39,923 nucleotides of DNA, taken from positions 1 to 39,923 of the forward strand of contig DASYIO010000122.1 of assembly GCA_035997465.1 (NCBI GenBank), given 5' to 3'. The notes beneath the pieces are model-generated. The model saw only the letters and a list, made by a program, of their open reading frames with translations, searched no databases and had not been told where the DNA came from. Of this stretch, positions 1 through 7,675 are shown in pieces. Both the position numbers and the translations under genes were made by a program. Origin of the DNA: Minisyncoccota bacterium (GTDB lineage Bacteria; Patescibacteriota; Minisyncoccia; Phycocordibacterales; SBAW01). How positions within the stretch are numbered: position 1 is the first letter of the stretch; the number at the start of each line of letters is the position of its first letter.

Positions 1-903
1 AACTCTGGGTCCGAGGCCAACGAGGTAGCTGTACTCCTGAGCAAGCAAAAAACTGGCCGTAGCATTGTTGTCGCTTCGAACCTGGCTCACAGCTCGGTGT
101 CGTATGCAGCCAAAAAGTTTGGCTCTAAGATCGAATCTTTCGATGTCGACCAAAAGACTTTTCAAGTCTCCAATAAAGATCTTATCGAATTCCTAAAAAA
201 ACAAGGCAAGCGGGTGGCTATGCTCAACGTGGTGTACGGTACGACACAGTTGGGCACGAGTGAGGATTTTATCCTAGACAAACAAGTTCAGAAGTTATGC
301 AAAAAGCAGGGCATTTGGGTTCATATTGACGCTGCTTTTGGCGCTTTGTATCTCAATAACGGCATTGTGCCTAAGCAGTGGCGGGCGGCTTTTGCTCTTG
401 CCGATTCGGTCACTGTGGATGCTTACAAAATGGCCGGGCTCCCAACATCGGGGGCCCTGTTTTTGAAACATGACAGCTACAAAGCGCTACTAGACCAAGA
501 AGTAACGTATTTTAAAGGTACAACCACTGCACTGGGCACTACGCGCAGTGTGCTGTCTGTCGCAACTTCGCTGGATTTGTTTAAAAAACTTAAGGCTGCC
601 GGATTGCGCAAGCTCGCACAAGAGCAAAATCGCAAGGCCGACTATGTCCGCCGTGAGCTTACAAAGCAGGGGAAGGAATTGTTTGTAGATGACGGTTCCA
701 TAATCGTAGTCATAAAAGTTTCTAACGAAAAGATTCTCGACCAAAAACTGCGGTCACTGAAAAAGAAAGGATTTGACCTCTCCTCCGTAAAGATGCAAAC
801 GTCTAGATATAGTCTTTATGGCCTACGCCTTACCTTGACCACAAAACCCGAGACTAACTGGGCCACTATAAAGAAGTTCGTAATCGCGTGTAAAACTATC
901 TAA
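1..903 (+). CDS. PLP-dependent decarboxylase-like enzyme (fold-type I, group II decarboxylase-like). The 5' end is cut by the window edge.
   Basis: Frame 1 is open from base 1 (NSGSEANEVAVLL...), so the listed ORF 97..903 is only the tail of a longer gene. Motifs: SGSEAN (like GGTEAN), HIDAAFGA, and SVTVDAYKMAGLP with the candidate PLP lysine. Confidence 0.55.
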   Translation, partial: NSGSEANEVAVLLSKQKTGRSIVVASNLAHSSVSYAAKKFGSKIESFDVDQKTFQVSNKDLIEFLKKQGKRVAMLNVVYGTTQLGTSEDFILDKQVQKLCKKQGIWVHIDAAFGALYLNNGIVPKQWRAAFALADSVTVDAYKMAGLPTSGALFLKHDSYKALLDQEVTYFKGTTTALGTTRSVLSVATSLDLFKKLKAAGLRKLAQEQNRKADYVRRELTKQGKELFVDDGSIIVVIKVSNEKILDQKLRSLKKKGFDLSSVKMQTSRYSLYGLRLTLTTKPETNWATIKKFVIACKTI

Positions 904-904
904 T

Positions 905-1594
905 ATGGAGCCGATTATTTTATTTGAGGACGACCAGCTGTTGGTGGTCGATAAGCCCACGGGGATGATCGTCTACCCCGATGGCAAGCACGATTACCCG
1001 GCCCTTTCGGCTTGGTTAGAAAAAAAGTTGGGCGAGGGGAACTTTCATTTTGTGCATCGCATCGATCGCGAAACATCCGGTGTGCTGTGCGTTGCCAAAA
1101 CCGCAGAGGCGTTTGAGTTTATAAAAGAGCAGTTTAAAAACCGCGAGACCAAAAAGACGTACCGCGCGTTTGTGCACGGCACGTTTAAAGAAGAGCGGGG
1201 GATAATTGACAAGCCCATAGGTAGTAGTCGCGGGGGCTCGGGCCCGCGCTCGGCCAAACTTTCCTACGGCGTGCAGCGCGATGCCACCACTATGTATAAG
1301 GTGCTTAAAAGCCAGGCTTACGAGGCGGACACCCAAGAGCCTGTGTCGTATGTCGAGGTGTTTCCTAAAACCGGCCGCACCCACCAGATACGCGTGCACT
1401 TTGCCTCTATTGGCCGCCCTATACTGGGCGATAGGCTTTACGGCACAGGCCGCCCCAACTTGCTGGGGTTTGAGAGGCTCGCCCTGCATGCGCTTTCGCT
1501 GTCGTTGACCCACCCCAACGGAGAGGAAATGACCTTTAAGGCGCCGCTCCCGCCGGATTTTGTTGCCGCAGAAGGGCAATTGCGGAGCGCCTAG
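905..1594 (+). CDS. RluA-family pseudouridine synthase
   Basis: HRIDRETSGVL catalytic-Asp motif, KTYRAFVHG, and GRTHQIRVH...LGDRLYG. The size (229 aa) fits an RluA/RluD catalytic domain. Confidence 0.9.
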   Translation: MEPIILFEDDQLLVVDKPTGMIVYPDGKHDYPALSAWLEKKLGEGNFHFVHRIDRETSGVLCVAKTAEAFEFIKEQFKNRETKKTYRAFVHGTFKEERGIIDKPIGSSRGGSGPRSAKLSYGVQRDATTMYKVLKSQAYEADTQEPVSYVEVFPKTGRTHQIRVHFASIGRPILGDRLYGTGRPNLLGFERLALHALSLSLTHPNGEEMTFKAPLPPDFVAAEGQLRSA

Positions 1595-1617
1595 GCTTGT
1601 GTTAAAGTCTTTGAGCA

Positions 1618-2100
1618 ATGCAGAAATCGGCAGTCAAAACCTCTACGGTAAATATGGCAGAGCGCAAAACCCTGGGACTCCGCTCGGGGGATACGGTCCG
1701 CGTCTGGCAGAACATTGTCGAGCTTAAACAGCAAAAAGGCGCCAACAAAAAGGAGGTGACGACTAAAAACGTCCGCCGCCAGGCGTTCGAGGGCCTTGTC
1801 TTGGCCGTTAAGCACGGCACCGAGGCAGGGGCTACTTTTACCGTACGCAAAGTATCCCAGGGCATCGGGGTAGAGAAGATCTTTCCTTTATACTCGCCGA
1901 TGATAGACAGCGTCGAGGTGTTGCGCCGCACGCGCACGCGCCGCGCCAAGCTCTACTTTATCCGCGACAAGGCTGCCCGCGACCAAAAGCGCGCTATGCG
2001 CCGCCAGCTTGCCGTCGAGCCCCGCGCTATTGTTGAAGATGTTTTGGCCGAGGAGCCTGCAGCCGAGGCTCCCCAAACTACCGAATCTGCGGTAGAGTAA
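1618..2100 (+). CDS. rplS: 50S ribosomal protein L19, with an internal basic insertion and an acidic C-terminal tail
   Basis: GDTVRVWQNI...RRQAFEGLVLAVKHG...TFTVRKVSQGIGVEKIFPLYSPMIDSVEVL is the L19 signature. The start could be 1618 or the ATG at 1654. Confidence 0.85.
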   Translation: MQKSAVKTSTVNMAERKTLGLRSGDTVRVWQNIVELKQQKGANKKEVTTKNVRRQAFEGLVLAVKHGTEAGATFTVRKVSQGIGVEKIFPLYSPMIDSVEVLRRTRTRRAKLYFIRDKAARDQKRAMRRQLAVEPRAIVEDVLAEEPAAEAPQTTESAVE

Positions 2101-2130
2101 TTTTTGTCCCGCGCTCGCGGGTCCCCATCT

Positions 2131-2217
2131 GCCCAGGTGGCGAAATTGGTAGACGCACTACCTTGAGGTGGTAGCTCCCGCAAGGGATTGGAGGTTCAAG
2201 TCCTCTCCTGGGCACCA
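2131..2217 (+). tRNA. tRNA-Leu (anticodon GAG), type II long variable arm, CCA encoded
   Basis: Hand-folded. Acceptor GCCCAGG/CCTGGGC; anticodon stem CTACC/GGTAG with loop TTGAGGT; variable arm TCCC-GCAA-GGGA; T arm GGAGG-TTCAAGT-CCTCT; then A-CCA. Confidence 0.9.
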
Positions 2218-2240
2218 AAAACCTGCGCTATAGTGTGCGC

Positions 2241-3290
2241 ATGGATACTTTTTTCAAAATCCTGCTGGTGTTCGTGCCGCTTACTATTGGTGCGGAGTTT
2301 GCGGGCGTCTCACCGGTCCTTGTCTTTTTTTTGGCGGCAGTCTCAATCATCCCCCTGGCTAAATTTATCGGCGAGGCAACCGAGGAGCTTTCTTCGCGGA
2401 CCAACCCGGCAATCGGCGGTCTCCTAAACGCGACGTTTGGCAACGCGCCCGAGCTTATCATCGGGCTTTTTGCGCTCAACGCGGGGCTTGTCGAAGTGGT
2501 CAAGGCATCTATTACCGGCTCGATTGTGGGCAACTTGCTGTTGGTGTTGGGCGGAGCGATGTTTGCAGGCGGTTGGGGCAAAGACAAACAAAACTTTAAC
2601 CGCACCGGAGCTTTGGCGGGCGGCTCGACGCTTTTTTTGGCGGTTATCGCACTTGTGGTGCCGGCGATATTTGTCATTACCGCGCCTGGTGTAGGAGACC
2701 AAACGGTCGAAAATCTAAGTGTCTTTGTGTCGCTGGCGCTTTTGTTGATGTACGGTGCAAGCCTTATCTTTAGCCTCCATACGCATAAACATTTGTACGT
2801 CGAGTCCGAGGTCGCCAAGTTTGAGCCCAAGTGGAGCCTGGCTAAAAGTATCGGCGTGCTGCTTGTGGCAACGCTTGCTGTCGCATGGGTTTCCGAAATT
2901 TTGGTGGGCTCGATAGAGCCACTGGTAGCAAGTTTTGGCTGGACCCAGCTGTTTGTGGGCGTTATCTTTGTCGCGATAATCGGCAATGCCGCCGAGCACT
3001 ACTCGGCCATCACTGTTGCTCTTAAAAACCGCATGGACTTAGCGCTCGGCATTACCATAGGCTCTGCGGCACAAATCGCGATGTTTGCCGCTCCTGTGTT
3101 GGTGCTCGCAAGCCTCGCCCTTGGCCACCCAATGAATCTTGTCTTTAATCTTTTTGAGCTTGTGTCCATTGTCGTGTCTGTGCTCATCGTCAACATGATA
3201 GTGCAAGACGGCGAAAGCAACTGGCTCGAGGGCGCCCAACTGTTGGCCGCGTACGTCATTGTGGCGCTCGCGTTCTTCTTCCACCCCTAA
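2241..3290 (+). CDS. Ca2+/H+ antiporter, CaCA (ChaA/CAX) family
   Basis: The two alpha-repeat signatures GNAPELI and GNAAEH are present, with about 10-11 hydrophobic segments. The start is the ATG at 2241 or the GTG at 2235. Confidence 0.85.
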   Translation: MDTFFKILLVFVPLTIGAEFAGVSPVLVFFLAAVSIIPLAKFIGEATEELSSRTNPAIGGLLNATFGNAPELIIGLFALNAGLVEVVKASITGSIVGNLLLVLGGAMFAGGWGKDKQNFNRTGALAGGSTLFLAVIALVVPAIFVITAPGVGDQTVENLSVFVSLALLLMYGASLIFSLHTHKHLYVESEVAKFEPKWSLAKSIGVLLVATLAVAWVSEILVGSIEPLVASFGWTQLFVGVIFVAIIGNAAEHYSAITVALKNRMDLALGITIGSAAQIAMFAAPVLVLASLALGHPMNLVFNLFELVSIVVSVLIVNMIVQDGESNWLEGAQLLAAYVIVALAFFFHP

Positions 3291-3317
3291 GGCAAACATG
3301 GTATAAATCGGGCTATT

Positions 3318-3394
3318 GGTGGCTGTAGCTCAATTGGTAGAGCCCTGGTTTGTGGTACCAGTTGTTGTGGGTTCGAGTCCCATCAGTCACCCCA
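3318..3394 (+). tRNA. tRNA-His (anticodon GTG), with genome-encoded G-1 and CCA
   Basis: Hand-folded. G-1 then acceptor GTGGCTG/CAGTCAC; D arm GCTC-AATTGGTA-GAGC; anticodon stem CTGGT/ACCAG with loop TTGTGGT; T arm GTGGG-TTCGAGT-CCCAT; C73 opposite G-1; then CCA. Confidence 0.9.
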
Positions 3395-3411
3395 AGTAAC
3401 ACCAAGCACAT

Positions 3412-3834
3412 ATGACAAACAAAACCGGATTTTGGGCGGAGTTTCGCAATTTTGCCGTCAAAGGCAACGCGTTTGACCTGGCGGTCGCGGTTGTCATAGG
3501 CAATGCGTTTTCGGCGGTCATAAACTCATTGGTGGGGGACATCATCACGCCTTTCCTTGGTCTTATTACCAACCATGTCGATTTTAAGACGCTTACGTGG
3601 CAGCCCTACGCGGGGCTGGCGGTCAAATACGGGGCTTTTTTGCAGGCCGTGTTTAACTTCTTTATCATCGCCCTGTCTATCTTTTTGGTCTTTAAACTTA
3701 TCTCTACTATGCGCAAAAAGCTCTTTCATCGCGGTGAGGACGCCGTGCCGCCTGCAGAAAAGCCCGCGCAAGAGAGGCTTTTGGAGGAGATACGCGATAT
3801 ACTAAAGGGCGATGCTAAAGAAACTCGAGTTTAG
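3412..3834 (+). CDS. mscL: Large-conductance mechanosensitive channel MscL
   Basis: FAVKGNAFDLAVAVVIGNAFSAVINSLVGDIITP is the canonical MscL N-terminus/TM1. A second TM and a charged C-terminus follow. Confidence 0.9.
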   Translation: MTNKTGFWAEFRNFAVKGNAFDLAVAVVIGNAFSAVINSLVGDIITPFLGLITNHVDFKTLTWQPYAGLAVKYGAFLQAVFNFFIIALSIFLVFKLISTMRKKLFHRGEDAVPPAEKPAQERLLEEIRDILKGDAKETRV

Positions 3835-4486
3835 CCCGTCTATATCGATACTTGTGGCCGGTGTGCTTATTGCCGGCGCTATAGTGTTTGTAAATTTGCG
3901 ACCCAGCTCTGCCGACGCAGACGCCGCGCTACCCGCAAGCGCAAACGTACCCCCGCCCGCCGCCACCGACCATATCATCGGGAGTCCGACAGCGCCCATT
4001 GTGCTTATCGAGTACAGCGACTTTCAGTGCCCGTACTGCTCGCTTGTATACCCGACCATTAAAAAGATAATCGACGATAGTAATGGCCAAATAGCCTGGG
4101 TGATGCGCAACCTGCCTCTGGACAGTCTGCATCCGGAGGCGCGCCCAGCAGGATTGGCGGCCGAGTGCATCGCCGAGCAAAAGGGCAATGACGGATGGTG
4201 GGCCTTTGCCGACGACATTTTTGGCAACCAGCAAGACCTGGGCCAGCCGCGCTATTTGGCGCTGGCACAAAAGTTGGGCGTCAATATGGCGCAATATCTG
4301 TCGTGCGTATCGAACAAAAAGTACAACGATAAGCTCGACACACAGTCAGGCGAGGCGTATGCCGCCGGGGCGCAGGGGACGCCGTACACGGTGGTCTATG
4401 GTCACGGGGTCAGTGTGCCGTTGTCGGGCGCTTTGCCAGCCGCGCAGTTTAACGCGGTAATCAAAGCGGTACAGGCGCGTCAGTAA
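3812..4486 (+). CDS. DsbA-family thiol:disulfide oxidoreductase, membrane anchored
   Basis: N-terminal TM segment, then a thioredoxin fold with an FQCPYC (CxxC) active site. Overlaps the 3' end of mscL by 23 nt. Confidence 0.8.
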   Translation: MLKKLEFSPSISILVAGVLIAGAIVFVNLRPSSADADAALPASANVPPPAATDHIIGSPTAPIVLIEYSDFQCPYCSLVYPTIKKIIDDSNGQIAWVMRNLPLDSLHPEARPAGLAAECIAEQKGNDGWWAFADDIFGNQQDLGQPRYLALAQKLGVNMAQYLSCVSNKKYNDKLDTQSGEAYAAGAQGTPYTVVYGHGVSVPLSGALPAAQFNAVIKAVQARQ

Positions 4487-4525
4487 CCAAACGGGGCTAT
4501 TAACTAGTAATTCATCTTTTATTTT

Positions 4526-5311
4526 ATGTGGTTTGAAGATATCCAAGTTCGCAGGGCGGTGCGCGTAGTATTGTGGCTTTTAGTAGCGCTCATGGCAGCC
4601 GCGCTTATTTTTGTACTAAGCTCATTGCGATATGTAGGCGCGGGGATAACGCCGGGTAACACCATAAGCGTCTCGGGCTATGGCGAGTCATACTCTACGC
4701 CAGATATTGCAACCTTTAGCTTTAGCGTCGTGTCAGAAAAGTCGACCGTCGCCGCAGCGCAGAGCGATGCGACCGCCAAAGCCAACGCCACGCTTGCCTA
4801 CCTTAAGTCGGCCGGCGTAGCAGACAAGGACATCCAAACCAGCGGCTACTCTATCAACCCGCAGTACGACTATATGTCCACCGCTTGCGTAAACGGCAAC
4901 TGCGGCAGTGGCCGTCAGGTTTTGCGCGGTTACGAAGTGCGCCAAAGCACCACGGTTAAGGTGCGCGACACCTCTAAGGCAGGCGACATACTCGCAGGCA
5001 TAGGCGACAAGGGCGCCACCGAAGTGTCGGGCCTGCAGTTTACGTTCGACGACCCACAGCAGGGCCAGGTTGAGGCGCGTGGCAAAGCTATTACCGATGC
5101 TAAGTCTAAGGCCAACGAGCTTGCTAAAGAACTTGGTGTATCGATTGTCCGCGTAGTCTCGTTTAGCGAGTCTGCGGGCGGCACCCCGACCCCAATGTAC
5201 GCCAAGCTCGACATGGCGGCCGGTTCGGCTGTGGCCCAGTCGGCCCCCGATATTTCGGTAGGCCAAAACAAGGTCACAGACAACGTCTCGGTTACTTACG
5301 AAATCCGCTAG
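4526..5311 (+). CDS. SIMPL-domain (DUF541) envelope protein
   Basis: N-terminal TM, then ISVSGYGE...PDIATFSF...AQSDATAKANATLAYLKSAGVADKDIQTSGYSINPQY and a C-terminal GQNKVTDNVSVTYEI. This pattern is typical of SIMPL/26 kDa periplasmic immunogenic proteins. Confidence 0.8.
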   Translation: MWFEDIQVRRAVRVVLWLLVALMAAALIFVLSSLRYVGAGITPGNTISVSGYGESYSTPDIATFSFSVVSEKSTVAAAQSDATAKANATLAYLKSAGVADKDIQTSGYSINPQYDYMSTACVNGNCGSGRQVLRGYEVRQSTTVKVRDTSKAGDILAGIGDKGATEVSGLQFTFDDPQQGQVEARGKAITDAKSKANELAKELGVSIVRVVSFSESAGGTPTPMYAKLDMAAGSAVAQSAPDISVGQNKVTDNVSVTYEIR

Positions 5312-5399
5312 CCTTGCTTTTTGCAGGTTTTAGGGCATAATAGAAGAGGCGTTAAACAGAGCGGCCCGGAATTTCTTCTTCAACCGAAACGAGGTCGCT

Positions 5400-5609
5400 A
5401 TGCACAAAATGTATCTGTTCCTGTCTCGGCGCACTGGCAAGATACAATTCCAGCTTATGACAGGTCCTGATGACGAGGCGGCGGCGTGGGCCGCCTTGGC
5501 GAAAATCAGCAAAAACACAGTCGATCATCAAAAGAATATCTCAAGGCTTGTCTTTTCTCCGGGGTGTCTGAAACGGTCCCTGAGAGCGGTCCTGAGAGCG
5601 CGACGCTAG
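5400..5609 (+). CDS. Hypothetical small basic protein (69 aa). Coding status is uncertain.
   Basis: GAGG lies 5 nt upstream of the ATG. The stop at 5607-5609 is followed 10 nt later by a terminator hairpin. I recognise no family. The 3' part contains a 13/12 nt tandem repeat, so this could instead be RNA structure. Confidence 0.3.
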   Translation: MHKMYLFLSRRTGKIQFQLMTGPDDEAAAWAALAKISKNTVDHQKNISRLVFSPGCLKRSLRAVLRARR

Positions 5610-5619
5610 CCATCCGAGG

Positions 5620-5650
5620 AGCCATCCAACGGGTGGCTTTTCGATTGTTT
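5620..5650 (+). terminator. Rho-independent terminator upstream of secE
   Basis: AGCCATCC-AAC-GGGTGGCT (8 bp stem) followed by TTTCGATTGTTT. A second AGCCATCC copy at 5608-5615 could form an alternative pairing. Confidence 0.5.
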
Positions 5651-5722
5651 GACGCTTCCGGAAAAGAGGAGTACTGTAGGGAAAAGGCCCGGGAGGGCTT
5701 TTAAAATTGCCAAATTTACATT

Positions 5723-5893
5723 ATGTGGAACTACTTTAGAGACGTCCGAGCCGAAATGAAGCATGTCAGCTGGCCTTCGCGCCAGGTCACTATTACCTAC
5801 ACGGCCGTTGTGGTGGGCGTATCTGTCGCCACTGCGGTATACCTTGGCCTGCTCGACTACGTCTTCCGCCTTATTATCGAAAAGATAATTTAA
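5723..5893 (+). CDS. secE: Preprotein translocase subunit SecE (56 aa). Not in the ORF track because it is shorter than 60 aa.
   Basis: My own translation is MWNYFRDVRAEMKHVSWPSRQVTITYTAVVVGVSVATAVYLGLLDYVFRLIIEKII. It has the E-x-K-K/H-V-x-WPS motif plus a single TM, and lies directly upstream of nusG-rplK (conserved secE-nusG-rplK order). Confidence 0.8.
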   Translation: MWNYFRDVRAEMKHVSWPSRQVTITYTAVVVGVSVATAVYLGLLDYVFRLIIEKII

Positions 5894-5899
5894 TCTCCT

Positions 5900-6451
5900 A
5901 TGTCCAAACAAGACACATCGGTCGGGCGCGCCTGGTACGCCATCCACACTTACGCAGGCTACGAAAACGCCGTGGCGCGCAACTTGCGCCAGCGCATCGA
6001 GTCGCTGGGCCTCTCTGAGAAGATATTTCAGGTAATAGTGCCGACAGAAAAGACCATAAAAATTAAGGGCGGCCGTAGGGTAGAGGAGGAGGAAAAAGTT
6101 TACCCGGGCTATGTCTTGGTAGACATGATAGTAGACGACCAGTCGTGGTACGTCGTGCGCAACACCCCGCGCGTCACCGGCTTTGTGGGCTCGGGCGTTA
6201 ACCCGGTGCCGCTTAAGCAAGACGAGGTAGACACACTGCTTGGCCGCATGCAGGCGACCGAGGGCAGCGTTAAGCACTCTATCGATCTTTCGGCCGGAGA
6301 CTCGGTTGTCATTGTCGATGGGCCATTTAAGGACCTCGACGGCAAAGTGGGCGAGGTAGACGAGGCTCGCGGCAAGGTTAAGGTCTTGGTGGCGATGTTT
6401 GGCCGCGAGACGCCGGTAGAACTCGACTTCTTGCAAATAAAGCGAATCTAA
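5900..6451 (+). CDS. nusG: Transcription termination/antitermination factor NusG
   Basis: WYAIHTYAGYENAV (NGN domain), and the KOW region GDSVVIVDGPFKDLDGKVGEVD...KVKVLVAMFGRETPVELDF. Confidence 0.95.
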   Translation: MSKQDTSVGRAWYAIHTYAGYENAVARNLRQRIESLGLSEKIFQVIVPTEKTIKIKGGRRVEEEEKVYPGYVLVDMIVDDQSWYVVRNTPRVTGFVGSGVNPVPLKQDEVDTLLGRMQATEGSVKHSIDLSAGDSVVIVDGPFKDLDGKVGEVDEARGKVKVLVAMFGRETPVELDFLQIKRI

Positions 6452-6549
6452 TCTATTCTGCGGAAACTTCCCAGGAAAAAGTCCTCGGGTCGTCCCTCTT
6501 GGGGACATCCACCAGACTATTTTCCTGAAAAGTTTCCGCGACATCCAAC

Positions 6550-6972
6550 ATGGCCAAAAAAATAGTCAAAAAGATCAAAATTATAGCCAACGGCGGCGCA
6601 GCCGCTATGACCCCTGCGATGGGTCAGGTGTTGGGCCCGGCTGGCATCAACATCGGCGAGTTTATCAAGCGCTTTAACGAGGCGTCTAAGGACATGCGCG
6701 GCGACCTGGTGCCGGCCGTCATATCGGTGTTCGAGGACCGCACCTACGACTTTGTGCTTAAAACTCCTCCTGCGTCCTCGCTCATACTTAAGGCCCTTGG
6801 CAAAGAAAAGGGGAGCGGCAAGCCCAATACTGTTAAGGTTGGCACGCTTACCAAAGCACAGGTAAAAGAAATTGCCGAAAAGAAGATGCGCGACCTGAGC
6901 GCCCACAACATAGACGAGGCGGTCAAGATAATCTCTGGCACCGCGCGCTCGATGGGGGTCGACGTGAAATAA
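6550..6972 (+). CDS. rplK: 50S ribosomal protein L11
   Basis: KIKIIANGGAAAMTPAMGQVLGPAGINIGEFIKRFNE...FVLKTPPAS...KVGTLT is the canonical L11 sequence. Confidence 0.95.
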   Translation: MAKKIVKKIKIIANGGAAAMTPAMGQVLGPAGINIGEFIKRFNEASKDMRGDLVPAVISVFEDRTYDFVLKTPPASSLILKALGKEKGSGKPNTVKVGTLTKAQVKEIAEKKMRDLSAHNIDEAVKIISGTARSMGVDVK

Positions 6973-7001
6973 GGAACGTCGCTAAACAATTTAAAATCAC
7001 G

Positions 7002-7034
7002 AGCGCCCGCGGCAGAGATGCCGCGGGCGCTTTC
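7002..7034. terminator. Strong GC hairpin between convergent rplK and folA (probably a bidirectional terminator)
   Basis: AGCGCCCGCGGC-AGAGAT-GCCGCGGGCGCT (12 bp stem). It has TTTCGG on the + side and GATTTTAAA on the - side. Confidence 0.6.
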
Positions 7035-7036
7035 GG

Positions 7037-7546
7037 TCAGCGGAAATAATTTACGACCCGAGTTGGGTAAGGATCTTGCGCGCGATGGACCATCACGCGA
7101 TCGTGTAGACCGAGTCTCCAACCGGACTCATCGAACTTAGGAAAGAACCGGTCGCCGCCAGCGCCCACGTCGACCTTGGTGAGGTAGATGCGGTTGGCGC
7201 TCGGGAGAAAGTCTCGATACACTCTTTCTCCGCCGATGACGCAGACCTCTTGTGCGTCTTGGGTCATCGCGAGCGCTTCCTCTGGCGTCTTCGCGACCAC
7301 GCAGTTGGAGTGGATGACGAGTTCTGGGCGGCTTGTGATGACGATCTTCTTTCTCCCGGGCAGAGGCTCGCCGTCTGTTTGAGGTAGAGACAAGTAGGTC
7401 TCCATCCCCATAATGAGCGGCTTGTTGCGTGTCAGAAGACTGAATTGCCTCATATCGCTTGGGATGCGCTCCCAAGGGATCTTTCCTTCGTTGCCAATGG
7501 CCCAACTGGGGTGAGCCACAGCGGCTATCAAGCTGATAATCGGCAT
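7037..7546 (-). CDS. folA: Dihydrofolate reductase
   Basis: MPIISLIAAVA...AIGNEGKIPW...PSDMRQFSLLTRNKPLIMGMETYLSLP...LPGRKKIVITS...VCVIGGERVY is the DHFR pattern. The ATG at 7546 is preferred over 7561 because AAAGGTGA lies 4 nt upstream of it. Confidence 0.85.
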   Translation of the reverse strand: MPIISLIAAVAHPSWAIGNEGKIPWERIPSDMRQFSLLTRNKPLIMGMETYLSLPQTDGEPLPGRKKIVITSRPELVIHSNCVVAKTPEEALAMTQDAQEVCVIGGERVYRDFLPSANRIYLTKVDVGAGGDRFFPKFDESGWRLGLHDRVMVHRAQDPYPTRVVNYFR

Positions 7547-7675
7547 GGCGTCACCTTTCATGTACGTGCCTCAAAAACTATACCGAACACCTGACCTTTT
7601 GCATAACACTGTTTGGCGTGGCACTATGGCGGCGGGAGAACCATCAACCAGTGGCCGTCCGGCCGGGAGAGAAAT

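Noticed and set aside
2228-2986. 252-aa minus-strand ORF
   Set aside because: It is antisense to the CaCA antiporter, which has GNAPELI and GNAAEH signatures.
5400-5609. Assigning the 69-aa ORF to the YegP/DUF1508 family
   Set aside because: Only a loose resemblance (GKIQFQL...AAAWAALAKISKN) exists, and the central conserved strand is missing. That is not enough to call the family.
5606-6544. 312-aa minus-strand ORF
   Set aside because: It lies entirely antisense to secE and nusG, which have unmistakable homology. The translation is Arg/Leu/Val-rich with no motifs, as expected for an antisense ORF in GC-rich coding DNA.
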